The notes beneath the pieces are model-generated. The model searched no databases. It was not told the DNA's origin and worked only from the letters and a program-made list of their open reading frames with translations. Position numbers and translations under genes: made by a program. This document shows positions 9,401-18,828 of a stretch of DNA of 64,000 nucleotides, in pieces. Origin of the DNA: Calditrichaceae bacterium (GTDB lineage: Bacteria; Calditrichota; Calditrichia; Calditrichales; JBFXGD01); NCBI GenBank assembly GCA_050173015.1, contig JBFXLE010000007.1, positions 96,001-160,000 on the forward strand. The letters run 5' to 3'. Numbering within the stretch: position 1 is the first letter of the stretch; each line of letters starts with the position of its first letter.

Positions 9401-11799
9401 TCCAAAGCTTGTGGTACATTTGCGGGAACATCTACCTGAATTTTCCCAAAAATTTCGGAAATCTCCTCGATAAGAGAACTTAAATTAACCACGTCCTTCA
9501 AATCCATTAAATGCGCGGATGATTTTATTGAATGCATGGCGTTTTCAATTTCTGCAAATGCTTCTCTGTTGTTTTTATCAGCTTCCAGAAGTGTTAAGGC
9601 CGCCCGGGCTATGTTGATGGATTGCATCGCTTCAGATCTGAAGATACTGTTCAAATCTTCTTCACCGGGACCGTCATCGGCTTTATGATTTGCCATTTCC
9701 GGCAATTCTTCAATTATTTCAGAAAGTACCGAAATAATATCATCCGATGCAGCGTATTTACCTTGATAATTCAGTCTTTCCAATAACAATCCGAATGACT
9801 TCTCAATCTCAAAAACAATATCCTTTGAATACTCCTTTGCTGCTGCTCTGCTGACAATTTTTTCAAAGAATTTAACGGGTTCAAGATAGTTGTCACACCT
9901 CGTATTTTTAAGATCTCTGCCAAAAAGATCAAAAAATGAAACCAGTTTAGCGCGATCCGCTTCGGAGTTTTTCAGAATGGACTTACCTAAACTGCCCTTT
10001 AAGTGCTTCCATTTACGCAGCATCGATTCCGCGAGAGCTTTCACCACCTGTTCATCATTATCGATTTCATACAATTCCGGCTCCGGGATGAGCAGCTTAT
10101 GAACAGAATCGAATATATTGGATAGATCAGATGAATCGATTGATTCCAAAGAAAAATCTTTTTGTCCGGTTTTTTTCCATGAAGTCTGGATGTGAGCAAT
10201 GACCTCTTTCATGTTCTCTCCGGAATAGCCATTTATTTTGCCATAAACAGTTTCCATAGGTTCAAGAAACTCAGAAATCATTGAAGAAAAACCCATTAAT
10301 GCGGATGCAAATTTTAACCTTCCAAGTAAATCGAGAACGCGATTAAAAGCGTCTTTTTCGTTTATTTGGAGATGTTCGTCCCGGATTTTCTTCGCGACCT
10401 GATTAAATAACTCCCCAAAGATTTTGCCCATCGCTTTTTTGTCTTCAAATTGAAATTCCGGTAATCCGGCGGGCTCCATTTCCGGCGCGATTTCCTGGGG
10501 CATCTCTTCTTCCGGTATCTCCGGAATTATGTCTTCAAAAGTATCTCTTAAACCCGAAATTTGATCCTGAACAGATATTAAAAGCTCATCGTCCTTTGAA
10601 ATATTCAGAAATCTGTCTACCGGTGTGAAACGGTTAAGAATTGACTCGATGCTCAGGAATGTGGATTCACTAAAAATTTTATCATTGTTGTTTGCATAAT
10701 TTAGTTCACGTATTATTCCTGAAGAGAGATTTTCAATTCCACTGTAACCATGAATCATGCTTACTTCTTTTAAAGATTTAATTTGTTTTATAATTGTCGC
10801 AATAAAAGCACGATTTTCAGGTTCGTTTCTTAAACTTTCAAGAATGTTAAGCACTTCGGAAATATTATCGTTCAATTCTGTCTGAAAATACTCGCCTAAA
10901 AGATTTTCCAACGATTTAAATTCTTTTTTACTAATTTCTTCTTTTGTCGCTTTTTTCTCTTCTTTCTTAAGCTTTTCTTTTTTCGGATCATATTCGGGCA
11001 GTCTTTGATTCTCTAAAATTGTAAAGAATTGATTACCCGATTTTTCTGCAAAATTCTCGAGTTCACCGACAAATTTATCCAGCTTTTCATCGAGCGTATC
11101 CATCATCTCCACGGCGTTCCGCGGATCTATTACATCGGGCAGCAATTCATCCGCCCGCGTAATTAAGTGAACTATTTCCGGATCGTATTTCTTTTTTAGT
11201 TTTTTGGCACTTTCCTGAGTATTTTCCATAATTATATTAAAAAAGCTTATATAACTCATACTCTTGTCTTCATCATTCAGAGCTTCAAACTTTTTCTCCA
11301 GCCGGCCAAAAAACTCGAGACGGTAAAAATGATCAAAATTAAATAACTCTTCTGTTTTACCTTCCGCTTTTGTCTCAGATTCGACAATTTCAGCAGATTC
11401 TTTCTTCTGCTGGTCTTCAGGTTGTTCCAGGCGGAAGTCTTCCAGCACTTTATTAATGGCTGTGATACTTTCCTGATCTTCGGTCATCAAATTGTAAAGA
11501 TTCACGAAATCGTCAGCAAGATCTGGAAGGGTTTGATATACCATGTCAGGCTCATAATCATTTACCCGTTCGACCATATCAAACAGAAATATTGCGATTT
11601 CATTGGTTCCCTGATGTTGCGCCAGTTTTTCCAGGCCATGAATCACATCTTCGTCCTGAAGCAGATATCCGCTTAATTCATCAAGCATCGAATAATGTTT
11701 TTCCGGTATAACCGAACGGCCCTTTTCGAGCGCATTTTCGAAAAATTCAACCAGAAAAAATATATTAAATGGGATATCTAAATTCTTTTGGGAAATCAT
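6439..11799 (-). CDS. cheA: Hybrid chemosensory histidine kinase, ChpA-like CheA (multiple Hpt, dimerisation, HATPase, CheW, C-terminal REC)
   Basis: Three His-bearing Hpt motifs (AMHSIK, ASHSLK, NVHTLKG), IRVSTDYLDKLV dimer domain, N box HIIRNAIDHGIE, DDGQG, GFST, SGRGIGMDVV, CheW domain, REC with DD / D (TDLEMPKMHG) / K (KPF). Confidence 0.93.
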   Translation of the reverse strand: MISQKNLDIPFNIFFLVEFFENALEKGRSVIPEKHYSMLDELSGYLLQDEDVIHGLEKLAQHQGTNEIAIFLFDMVERVNDYEPDMVYQTLPDLADDFVNLYNLMTEDQESITAINKVLEDFRLEQPEDQQKKESAEIVESETKAEGKTEELFNFDHFYRLEFFGRLEKKFEALNDEDKSMSYISFFNIIMENTQESAKKLKKKYDPEIVHLITRADELLPDVIDPRNAVEMMDTLDEKLDKFVGELENFAEKSGNQFFTILENQRLPEYDPKKEKLKKEEKKATKEEISKKEFKSLENLLGEYFQTELNDNISEVLNILESLRNEPENRAFIATIIKQIKSLKEVSMIHGYSGIENLSSGIIRELNYANNNDKIFSESTFLSIESILNRFTPVDRFLNISKDDELLISVQDQISGLRDTFEDIIPEIPEEEMPQEIAPEMEPAGLPEFQFEDKKAMGKIFGELFNQVAKKIRDEHLQINEKDAFNRVLDLLGRLKFASALMGFSSMISEFLEPMETVYGKINGYSGENMKEVIAHIQTSWKKTGQKDFSLESIDSSDLSNIFDSVHKLLIPEPELYEIDNDEQVVKALAESMLRKWKHLKGSLGKSILKNSEADRAKLVSFFDLFGRDLKNTRCDNYLEPVKFFEKIVSRAAAKEYSKDIVFEIEKSFGLLLERLNYQGKYAASDDIISVLSEIIEELPEMANHKADDGPGEEDLNSIFRSEAMQSINIARAALTLLEADKNNREAFAEIENAMHSIKSSAHLMDLKDVVNLSSLIEEISEIFGKIQVDVPANVPQALDDGFNSLEALIKNPETETETTMEMLQNTLDKIEIVDGESSEVSETAEKITIEESDDEKPLFSSSKDTDTELVEIFQDEARTFLATINKSHEKIKKKPKDKNALNELENASHSLKLSARMMGFEDISHIAESLESMVESVRNNEIEIDSGLQENITLAVDYISRLSSGEKISKSDLEGLLDSIDVKSFKTELSEEPIENEEPETVPDSIKEIFLEEAGQLIEDLNKELLELEKMPESDTIMADVLRNVHTLKGSSLMSTYSRIGEVSHKLEDYFQLYKLKKGGSKSEMLNPAFTAIDLIQDLLASIQRGEGENVPLYLARISELDNKLFLYQNMEELPDELRVAEIPAAKVPAKRSEGIKEEEKNIRVSTDYLDKLVDMAADLVINQTQLSTYLDTFKKIISDIESGKKKIYSSEDIVEEVVEEDVLTDGGLKSFDPEQMDNLKILSGNFKDILKTVSTVSLDLNRLTQGVEQSVGRISNLSKQLHGDILKARMVPIEYLFNRYPRAVRDLAKSQNKKINLVIAEQDVDLDRAMVEALSDPLMHIIRNAIDHGIELPKDRKKLKKSESGNLYLRARQERNQVVVEVEDDGQGIDLGKIKSKIISKKMADRKEVDQLSEAEILDYIFYPGFSTRDQANEISGRGIGMDVVANEIQKLKGNIRIKTEKNVGTTFSIRVPLTLIISQAIMIRTAGQIVAIPMIAIQESIRFDQKDLILEGEKTYIKIRGKLLPYLEIDKLLEFKKEESGQNKFNAVVLHDAGVSIALGVDEIIGRLEIVIKTLGSHLQNVEYVSGGTILGNGEVALILDYSAVIRTAELQFFGSIADKYSGRKTRVTIPEAEKIKKPKPAKKRKAVKKEIKKKKISSRKPQILIVDDSSSVRNFVGSVLEKHNFTIVKSNNGEDALTKIKSEKIDLMITDLEMPKMHGFELIKSIRKNKKYEGLPIVILTGRAGMSQQQEGEEIGANAFLVKPFKESDLIRVLSDFIEIGS

Positions 11800-11813
11800 A
11801 TATTACTCCGGTT

Positions 11814-13607
11814 TCATTCAGCAAGCCTAAATTTTTCAACAGCCTGATTGAGGGTTTTTGATAAAAATTCTAATTTAGACGCTGATTCTTTTGACTGTTT
11901 AGCGCTCTCCGCTGTTTCTTTGGCAATTCCCGCGACATGCACAAGGGAAGCGACAATATCCTGACTGGATTTTGTCTGATTTTGCGTGGCATTAGATATT
12001 TCAACCGCGGATGTGGTCGAAATTTCAACACTTCCGAGGATTTCTTTTAGTACCACTCCGGCGCTGTCAACAAGTTTTGTCCCTTCAGCCACCTCCCCGG
12101 TGCCGTTTTCCATTGCGCGCATCGTTTCTGAAGTACCCGTTTGAATATCATCAATTAATTTTGAAATTTCTTCAGCTGCTTTACTTGAACGCTCAGCCAA
12201 ATTGCGTATCTCATCGGCCACAACAGTGAAGCCTCTTCCGGCTTCCCCAGCGCGGGCAGCTTCGATGGAAGCATTTAATGCCAGGAGGTTTGTCCTATTT
12301 GCGATATCACTGATAAAATCAGTAATCTCCCCAATTCGTGTGGAGTTTTCACCCAGAAGCCGAACCTTTCTTGAAGCTTCGCGAACCGATTCACGGATAC
12401 GATGCATTCCCTCGATTGATTTTTTAACAATTTCTCCGCCGTTTTCGGCAACTTCCTTGGTATTACGCGCGGCTTCGGCAGCTCTTTGCGCGCTCAGGTT
12501 TGTTTCGTTTACCAATGCTGCCATTTCTTTCGCCAACATGCTCATATTTTCTGTCTGAGAAGCCTGATCCGCTGCTCCGTTTGCCATTATTTCTGTATTT
12601 TTAAGAATCCCCTCCGTTGAAGAAGCCACCTGGTCAGAAGCCTTTTTTACATCCCGAATCAGTTCACTAAGATCGCTTATCATCAGATTAAATGAATCGG
12701 ATAAAGCCCCAAGAGTATCCGCGGTAACAGCTGCATTAACAGTGAAATCTCCATCCGCTGCCGCGCTCACTATTTTCAACAATTCTTTGATCTGTTTTTG
12801 TACTTTATCACGTTCTTCTGCCGATTCCTTTTCACCGTCAATTCCACTTTCAAACTTTTTTAGCAGCGGGATAAATTCTGAAAGATACCCTCTGTGTTCA
12901 TCAATTTTATGGAGCGCTTTTCCGCCTTTCAATTTAACCAACAAACTTTCTGTCAGATCAATACCGTTACTCAGCTTTTTTAATTCGACGATGAGAATCA
13001 GGATGGATATAAGCAGAAAAATTCCGCCGCTGATAGCAGGCCATTTGATTGACTCCAATAGTGAAGGCGTGATGGCTGAAATATCTTTTTGAATCATTAA
13101 CAGTCCGGCAATGTTTTTGTCATTGTTTTTTACCGGGGCAAAACCCGCCACAATCAAACGTCCGTATTGATCCGTTATCGATCTTCCCGTCACCTGATCC
13201 GAATTTATGGCTTCATTCATCTCTTGCCACAGATCGTAATTTTTGCCAATCATGTTTGACTTACTGTCCGTTAAAACAAGCTCCGTAATATTTCCTTTTC
13301 TTCGTATAATCCTGATTACCACACCATCCGGACCATACGAATTACGTAATGATTCAACCTGACTGTACGCTTCCCGGTAAGCATCCGAATTATAATCGCT
13401 TTCTCTTTCAATCTGATTTATCAGATCACCGGAAATAATTCCCCCGCCCAACGCAACAATTTTTTTGATTTCATCGAGTTGTGACTTTGCGAATACATCT
13501 GTCTTATTTTTATGACTTAAATAACCTGTAAGACCGACAATAATTATTAAAAGAGGGATCATCAGGACAATAAATTTTGTGATTATTCCAAAACTTGTTT
13601 TTCGCAT
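11814..13607 (-). CDS. Methyl-accepting chemotaxis protein, PilJ-like, two TM segments with periplasmic sensor domain
   Basis: Hairpin signature [42 protein letters not shown] segment [25 protein letters not shown] typical of PilJ-type receptors; two hydrophobic segments. Confidence 0.93.
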   Translation of the reverse strand: MRKTSFGIITKFIVLMIPLLIIIVGLTGYLSHKNKTDVFAKSQLDEIKKIVALGGGIISGDLINQIERESDYNSDAYREAYSQVESLRNSYGPDGVVIRIIRRKGNITELVLTDSKSNMIGKNYDLWQEMNEAINSDQVTGRSITDQYGRLIVAGFAPVKNNDKNIAGLLMIQKDISAITPSLLESIKWPAISGGIFLLISILILIVELKKLSNGIDLTESLLVKLKGGKALHKIDEHRGYLSEFIPLLKKFESGIDGEKESAEERDKVQKQIKELLKIVSAAADGDFTVNAAVTADTLGALSDSFNLMISDLSELIRDVKKASDQVASSTEGILKNTEIMANGAADQASQTENMSMLAKEMAALVNETNLSAQRAAEAARNTKEVAENGGEIVKKSIEGMHRIRESVREASRKVRLLGENSTRIGEITDFISDIANRTNLLALNASIEAARAGEAGRGFTVVADEIRNLAERSSKAAEEISKLIDDIQTGTSETMRAMENGTGEVAEGTKLVDSAGVVLKEILGSVEISTTSAVEISNATQNQTKSSQDIVASLVHVAGIAKETAESAKQSKESASKLEFLSKTLNQAVEKFRLAE

Positions 13608-13619
13608 TCTTGCCTCTTT

Positions 13620-14105
13620 TCAAAATCTATAACTTTTAAGTTCTTTCGAATTTGTCAATGCGGAAATATCTAAAAGATAAATCATACCAAATTTTTTATG
13701 ATCAAAATATCCGTCCAGATACTGAGCCATCTTAACCGGCATTTCCCGGGTCGGTATTTGTATTTTATTAGAATCAATGTTTGCAACATCCATCACTTTT
13801 TCAACAACGATGCCAAACGCGACTTCGTCCTGTTCTATAATTACAATAAGATTGTCTTCCCTGATTGGAGCAACCGGCAGCTTTAGCATCAGCCTAATAT
13901 CCACAACAGAGAAAATCTGCCCACGAAGGTTAAACACTCCAAGCACGGACTCATTAACATTTGGAATCATCGTAAGCTTTGGAAACGAAACCACTTCCCG
14001 CACCTTTATAACTTCGACTCCAAAAAATTTACCTGAAATTTGTAATATGGAATACCTGTATTCCTTTGTAGACGCATTTTTTGAAGTGCTTGTCTTCGAC
14101 ACCAA
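13620..14105 (-). CDS. cheW: CheW adaptor protein
   Basis: FGVEVIKVREV, IPNVNESVLGVFNLRGQIFSVVD; TTG start with AGGAG SD. Confidence 0.92.
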   Translation of the reverse strand: MVSKTSTSKNASTKEYRYSILQISGKFFGVEVIKVREVVSFPKLTMIPNVNESVLGVFNLRGQIFSVVDIRLMLKLPVAPIREDNLIVIIEQDEVAFGIVVEKVMDVANIDSNKIQIPTREMPVKMAQYLDGYFDHKKFGMIYLLDISALTNSKELKSYRF

Positions 14106-14141
14106 TTATACTCCTGTTCGACTTTTTAAGCCCGGGGTAAC

Positions 14142-14170
14142 AATTCTATAAATTTCCGGTAAATTCTATA
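14142..14170. repeat. Direct repeat AATTCTATA x2 with 20-bp period in the REC-cheW spacer
   Basis: Copies at 14142-14150 and 14162-14170, each preceded by GGTA and followed closely by TTTC. Confidence 0.5.
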
Positions 14171-14185
14171 TTTCAATCCGGGTAT

Positions 14186-15094
14186 TTATTCAGCGATTAA
14201 ATCTTTAATTTTACCCAATAGTTCATCATCTTTAAAAGGTTTTGGTAAAAACTCATCTGCTCCCTCGGATTTTGCTTTTTCCACCATTTGCGGTGAATCT
14301 TTTCCTGACAACATAATTACCGGGATTCCTTTGGATGCTTTGATCGCTTTTAAGATTTCAATGCCATTTATGTCCGGAAGCATCATATCAAGTATCACCA
14401 GATCCGGGTTAATTTTATCTATCAGGGCCAGCCCGTCTTTCCCGCTGACTGCGGTCTCAATATGAAAATTCTCATCTTCAAGAGCGATTTCAACCATTTT
14501 GCGAATGACAATACTGTCATCAACAACAAGTATCTTCTTTTTCCCTGATACGCTCACTTCATCCTGTTCAATTTCTGCCGATACTTCTTCAACAGATTTT
14601 TCTTCCGTGTTTATTTCCGTTTCCGACTCATCCGCTATACTTATCTCAAGATTTTCAGGTTCTTTTTCATCATCACTTTCGTTAAAAACAGACTCTAAAT
14701 CAAAAGTGTCTTCCTGTCCATCTAAAACATCTTCCTGCAAATCTTCTGTCGCCGGTTCCTCTTCGGATATTAAAAGTTCAACTTCATCAGATTTTTCTAC
14801 CGGCTCATCTACCGGCTCTTCCTGCGGCAACACCTCTTCTTCAGGCTTTTCTTCAACTTCTGGACCCGGGGTCACATCAACGGTTTTTTCTGATATTTCT
14901 GTAACTAATTTTTCTGAAACCAGTCTGTTCAATGCATCCTGAATGATGGTCTCTTCTTCTTCAAGGATTGAAGCAATTTCCCCGGCATCTGTTTTATCGG
15001 TAACTAAAAAAAGGACCTTCCAGGCATTGTAAGGAAGTTTAGCCGCGTGAATTTTATCATCGATCTTATCAATGCGTTTATAAAACTTTTCCAC
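14186..15094 (-). CDS. Response regulator: N-terminal winged-helix-like domain, long acidic linker, C-terminal REC
   Basis: C-terminal ILVVDDS...ILDMMLPDINGI...MLSG...KPF; N-terminal LPYNAWKVLFLVTDKTDAGEIASIL...DALNRLVSEKLV resembles the wHTH part of PatA-N/DUF4388 proteins. Confidence 0.85.
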   Translation of the reverse strand: MEKFYKRIDKIDDKIHAAKLPYNAWKVLFLVTDKTDAGEIASILEEEETIIQDALNRLVSEKLVTEISEKTVDVTPGPEVEEKPEEEVLPQEEPVDEPVEKSDEVELLISEEEPATEDLQEDVLDGQEDTFDLESVFNESDDEKEPENLEISIADESETEINTEEKSVEEVSAEIEQDEVSVSGKKKILVVDDSIVIRKMVEIALEDENFHIETAVSGKDGLALIDKINPDLVILDMMLPDINGIEILKAIKASKGIPVIMLSGKDSPQMVEKAKSEGADEFLPKPFKDDELLGKIKDLIAE

Positions 15095-15115
15095 TTTTGA
15101 ATCCTTTCTTAATAG

Positions 15116-15889
15116 TTAAAAGCGGTTATTCTCTTTTTCGATTATTTCTTCTGCAAGTTTTAAATAGCCAACCGCGCCCGGAGACGATATATCTACCAGC
15201 GCGACCGGTTTCCCTAATGACGGCGCCTCTGAAATTTTGGAATTTCTTGGGATTTCTGTATTAAATACCAAATCCTTAAAACTGTGTCTCAGTTCGTCGG
15301 CAATTTCTTTGCTTTTCTTCAGCCTTTTGTCAAACATGGTAATCAGAAGTCCGTTCAATCTTAAATCGGGGTTATACTTTGTCCCGATATTACGAATGGC
15401 CCTGATAAATTTTCCCAGGGCTTTTAATGAATAATATTCGCACTGAACCGGAATAAGTAGTGAATCCGCGGCCGTAATAGCATTCAGAGTCACCGTCCCC
15501 AGACTTGGCGGACAATCCAGCAGAATGTAATCATATTCATTTTTATATGAACTTAGAACACTCCTTAGCAGCTCAGTTTGCAGAGCATTCGTAAACAAAT
15601 CTATTTCATCTTCTTCCCCGTGAACATTTGCCGGAACAATTTCGAGCATATCAAGACCCACATCGACAATTGCCAGGGACAGAGGAATTCTATTTACAAA
15701 AACATCATATGAACCGTAAGTAATGCTTAAATCATCCAGTTGAAAACTTGCCGCGATACTTCCCTGTGGATCAATATCAATTAATAATACCCGTTTTTGG
15801 AATATAGCAAGACTCGCACCGAGGTTAATCGATGTAGTCGTCTTGCCGACACCGCCTTTTTGACTTGTGATAGCGATAATTTCACCCAT
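15116..15889 (-). CDS. ParA/Soj-family ATPase (orphan, no parB adjacent)
   Basis: Deviant Walker A QKGGVGKTTT, DIDPQG, Walker B DCPPSLG, PVQCEYYSL, IPRN..ISEAPS. Confidence 0.92.
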   Translation of the reverse strand: MGEIIAITSQKGGVGKTTTSINLGASLAIFQKRVLLIDIDPQGSIAASFQLDDLSITYGSYDVFVNRIPLSLAIVDVGLDMLEIVPANVHGEEDEIDLFTNALQTELLRSVLSSYKNEYDYILLDCPPSLGTVTLNAITAADSLLIPVQCEYYSLKALGKFIRAIRNIGTKYNPDLRLNGLLITMFDKRLKKSKEIADELRHSFKDLVFNTEIPRNSKISEAPSLGKPVALVDISSPGAVGYLKLAEEIIEKENNRF

Positions 15890-15911
15890 TCTGTCCCAGA
15901 TTTACCCTTCA

Positions 15912-17561
15912 CTATTTCATCATTGGTATTTTTAATTTGTTTTTTTCAGCAAACCGGATGGCCTCCTCATAACCCGCATCCGCATGTCTGAAAACACCAA
16001 GTCCAGGATCATTCGTTAAAACCCGCTGCAACCGAACATCCATTTCATTTGATCCATCTGCCACTATTACCTGTCCGGCATGCTGGGAATATCCAATTCC
16101 CACACCACCGCCATGATGAAATGATACCCAGGATGATCCGGAAGCGACATTGGACATAGCATTCAGTAATGGCCAGTCACTTATCGCATCGCTTCCATCC
16201 TTCATAGCTTCGGTTTCTCTGTTCGGAGACGCAACAGATCCTGTATCTAAGTGATCTCGACCAATAACCACCGGAGCTTTAATTTTTCTTTCTTTAACTA
16301 ACTTATTTAGCTCAAGACCGAAGAGGGCTCTTTCTCCATAACCAAGCCAGCATATCCTCGATGGTAATCCCTGGAAATGCACCTTCTCCCTCGCCAGTTT
16401 TATCCATCGCGCCAGCGCTTTGTTTTCCGGAAATAATTTTAGAATCAATTCGTCCGTTTTGTAAATGTCCTCCGGATCTCCTGACAACGCCACCCATCTG
16501 AAGGGTCCCTTACCTTCACAGAAAAGAGGCCTGATATAAGCCGGAACAAACCCGGGATAATCAAACGCGTTTGCCACTCCGCCCTTTTGAGCCTGCGCCC
16601 TTAAATTGTTTCCATAATCAAACGCGATCGCGCCGGCCGACTGCATATCCAATATAGCTTGGCAGTGCGCTGCCATTGCTTTATATGATTTTTTGATATA
16701 CAAAGAAGAATTTGACTTTCGTAGGTCCAGCGCTTCATCAAAAGACATTCCATTTGGAATATAACCATTTAATTCATCGTGGGATGATGTCTGATCAGTT
16801 ACCACGTCCGGTATAATCCCTTGCTTTACCATCTCAGGTAGAATATCCGCGGCATTTCCAAGCAATCCAACCGATAGTGGTTTTTTATCATCCATCGCTT
16901 TTCGGCACATGGCCATTGCCTGATTGAGGGATGTGGCGGATACGTCAAGATACCCAAACTCAATGCGTCTTTTTATTCGTACTTCATCCACCTCCACACA
17001 CAGCGCCACGCCGTTATTCATTGTGACCGCCAGAGGTTGAGCCCCGCCCATCCCGCCTAAACCGGCTGTTACCACAAGTTTACCGGTCAAATCCTGTGAA
17101 GGATATTGTTTCGCCAACGAGGCAAATGTTTCATATGTTCCCTGCAGAATCCCCTGCGTTCCGATGTAGATCCAGCTGCCGGCTGTCATTTGACCGTACA
17201 TGATCAGTCCTTTTTTCTCCAATTCTCTGAACTTATCCCATGTCGCCCAGTTTGGCACCAAATTCGAATTAGCAATCAATACTCTCGGAGAATATAGGTG
17301 AGTTTTTATTATTCCTACCGGCTTGCCGGATTGAACCAAAAGGGTTTCATCATTCTCGAGATTTTTCAGTGACGTTATTATAGCCTCATATGCTTCCCAG
17401 TTTCTTGCCGCTTTACCGCTTCCTCCGTAAACAACCAAATTATCCGGATCTTCAGCAACCTCAGGATCCAGATTATTCATAAGCATACGCATGGCAGCTT
17501 CCTGGTGCCAGCCTTTACAGGAAATTTCAGTTCCCCGCGGAGCCCGAATTATTTTTCCCAT
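15912..17561 (-). CDS. hutU: Urocanate hydratase
   Basis: [61 protein letters not shown] at 17561 with GGAGG SD preferred to the track start at 17585. Confidence 0.97.
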   Translation of the reverse strand: MGKIIRAPRGTEISCKGWHQEAAMRMLMNNLDPEVAEDPDNLVVYGGSGKAARNWEAYEAIITSLKNLENDETLLVQSGKPVGIIKTHLYSPRVLIANSNLVPNWATWDKFRELEKKGLIMYGQMTAGSWIYIGTQGILQGTYETFASLAKQYPSQDLTGKLVVTAGLGGMGGAQPLAVTMNNGVALCVEVDEVRIKRRIEFGYLDVSATSLNQAMAMCRKAMDDKKPLSVGLLGNAADILPEMVKQGIIPDVVTDQTSSHDELNGYIPNGMSFDEALDLRKSNSSLYIKKSYKAMAAHCQAILDMQSAGAIAFDYGNNLRAQAQKGGVANAFDYPGFVPAYIRPLFCEGKGPFRWVALSGDPEDIYKTDELILKLFPENKALARWIKLAREKVHFQGLPSRICWLGYGERALFGLELNKLVKERKIKAPVVIGRDHLDTGSVASPNRETEAMKDGSDAISDWPLLNAMSNVASGSSWVSFHHGGGVGIGYSQHAGQVIVADGSNEMDVRLQRVLTNDPGLGVFRHADAGYEEAIRFAEKNKLKIPMMK

Positions 17562-18684
17562 TAATTCCTCCCGTATCTTCTGCAAACACGATCTTATCTA
17601 AATAGTTTTTATTTTCGGTTAAATAGTTATATGAAAACAACGCGTATCCCGCAAAATCCATATTTGACACAAGTTTTACTCTTTGTCTGACTGCATTTTC
17701 GTTCTGATTATACGTTGAAATGCCGATGATTATTCTGTCGTTTGATTGAAGAGATTGCGCAAGGCGGATATTTTGTTTAAACGTATCATAATCGGTATTA
17801 TAATTCATTAAAAGCACTTTATCACATAAATCGTTTTTTAGCCAGGCGCCCCAATCCTGAAAATAACGGTGCCTGGCTTGAATTAAATTCGGTTTTACCG
17901 CGACAGTCAATTCGATTTTGTCATTCACCGCGTGGATATGATTTTTTATTTGGATGAGCATATTATTCATACTGTTTCTTAAAAATTCCCGGTAAATTTC
18001 ATCAATATAGATAAAGGCCTGATACCCCCTCTTTTTTGTAAAATAAGAAACATCAGAATATATTTTTTCAGGATCAATGAAATTCTGCAGCATAAATTCC
18101 GTTCGGGAGTGCGGCGAAATAGAATATTTTATGTCAGGATACCTGAAGTAATCTAGATGAATACCATCAACATGATAGATATTAATAAGATCGGATATGA
18201 ACATCTTAACTTCATGCAGATTGACCGAATCCAGGGGGCTGACAAAATAACCTTCGATTCCTTCTTTTTTCAGAGTATTATATGTCGGAATATCATTATC
18301 AGCAGCGGATCTTAATATTGAGTTTGGAGCCCTGTAAAAGATATGATTTTTGGACTCCGGCTCAATATCTCCTGTCCAAATATACAAAGTATTCAACCAT
18401 GCATGGACCTTAATATTTTTATTTTTTGCTCGCTGAACAAGTAAAGAGAATAGTGCGGGAACATCAGTTTTCTGAAGGGATGAATTATAATTTTCACCCA
18501 GCGCTCTTACCTGAACATAGATATCTGTAATATTAAGTCTTTCTGAAACATAAATAATATTATCTATCTCTTCGGTCGAAGACAGGGCATATCGAACCAC
18601 CCACATAGCGCGTTGATTTTCGCTGGCATGACAAAATGGGTTTGTTAAAAGCAGAAAGAATAAGAGATAAAAAAATCGAATCAT
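17527..18684 (-). CDS. Secreted GHL10 / YddW(DigH)-like glycoside hydrolase
   Basis: Signal peptide, [26 protein letters not shown] and QDWGAW motifs. Confidence 0.8.
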   Translation of the reverse strand: MIRFFYLLFFLLLTNPFCHASENQRAMWVVRYALSSTEEIDNIIYVSERLNITDIYVQVRALGENYNSSLQKTDVPALFSLLVQRAKNKNIKVHAWLNTLYIWTGDIEPESKNHIFYRAPNSILRSAADNDIPTYNTLKKEGIEGYFVSPLDSVNLHEVKMFISDLINIYHVDGIHLDYFRYPDIKYSISPHSRTEFMLQNFIDPEKIYSDVSYFTKKRGYQAFIYIDEIYREFLRNSMNNMLIQIKNHIHAVNDKIELTVAVKPNLIQARHRYFQDWGAWLKNDLCDKVLLMNYNTDYDTFKQNIRLAQSLQSNDRIIIGISTYNQNENAVRQRVKLVSNMDFAGYALFSYNYLTENKNYLDKIVFAEDTGGINGKNNSGSAGN

Positions 18685-18717
18685 AACAGCCTTAACTTTA
18701 TATATTTTGTTAACTTA

Positions 18718-18746
18718 AATATATAGCTGGTCATATATCAATGCAA
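18718..18746 (-). promoter_or_regulatory. Putative housekeeping promoter for the GHL10-hutU-parA-che run
   Basis: Minus strand TTGCAT-N17-TATATT just downstream of the rplQ terminator. Confidence 0.55.
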
Positions 18747-18772
18747 GGCATTATTTACACCTCAATCTCGAG

Positions 18773-18808
18773 AAAAAAAAAGCCACCCCTTAATAAAGAG
18801 ATGGCTTT
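18773..18808 (-). terminator. Rho-independent terminator ending the ribosomal superoperon
   Basis: Minus strand AAAGCCATCTCT-TTATTA-AGGGGTGGCT followed by a T-tract, about 20 nt after the rplQ stop. Confidence 0.8.
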
Positions 18809-18828
18809 AAAATTCGAATAAATGACAA

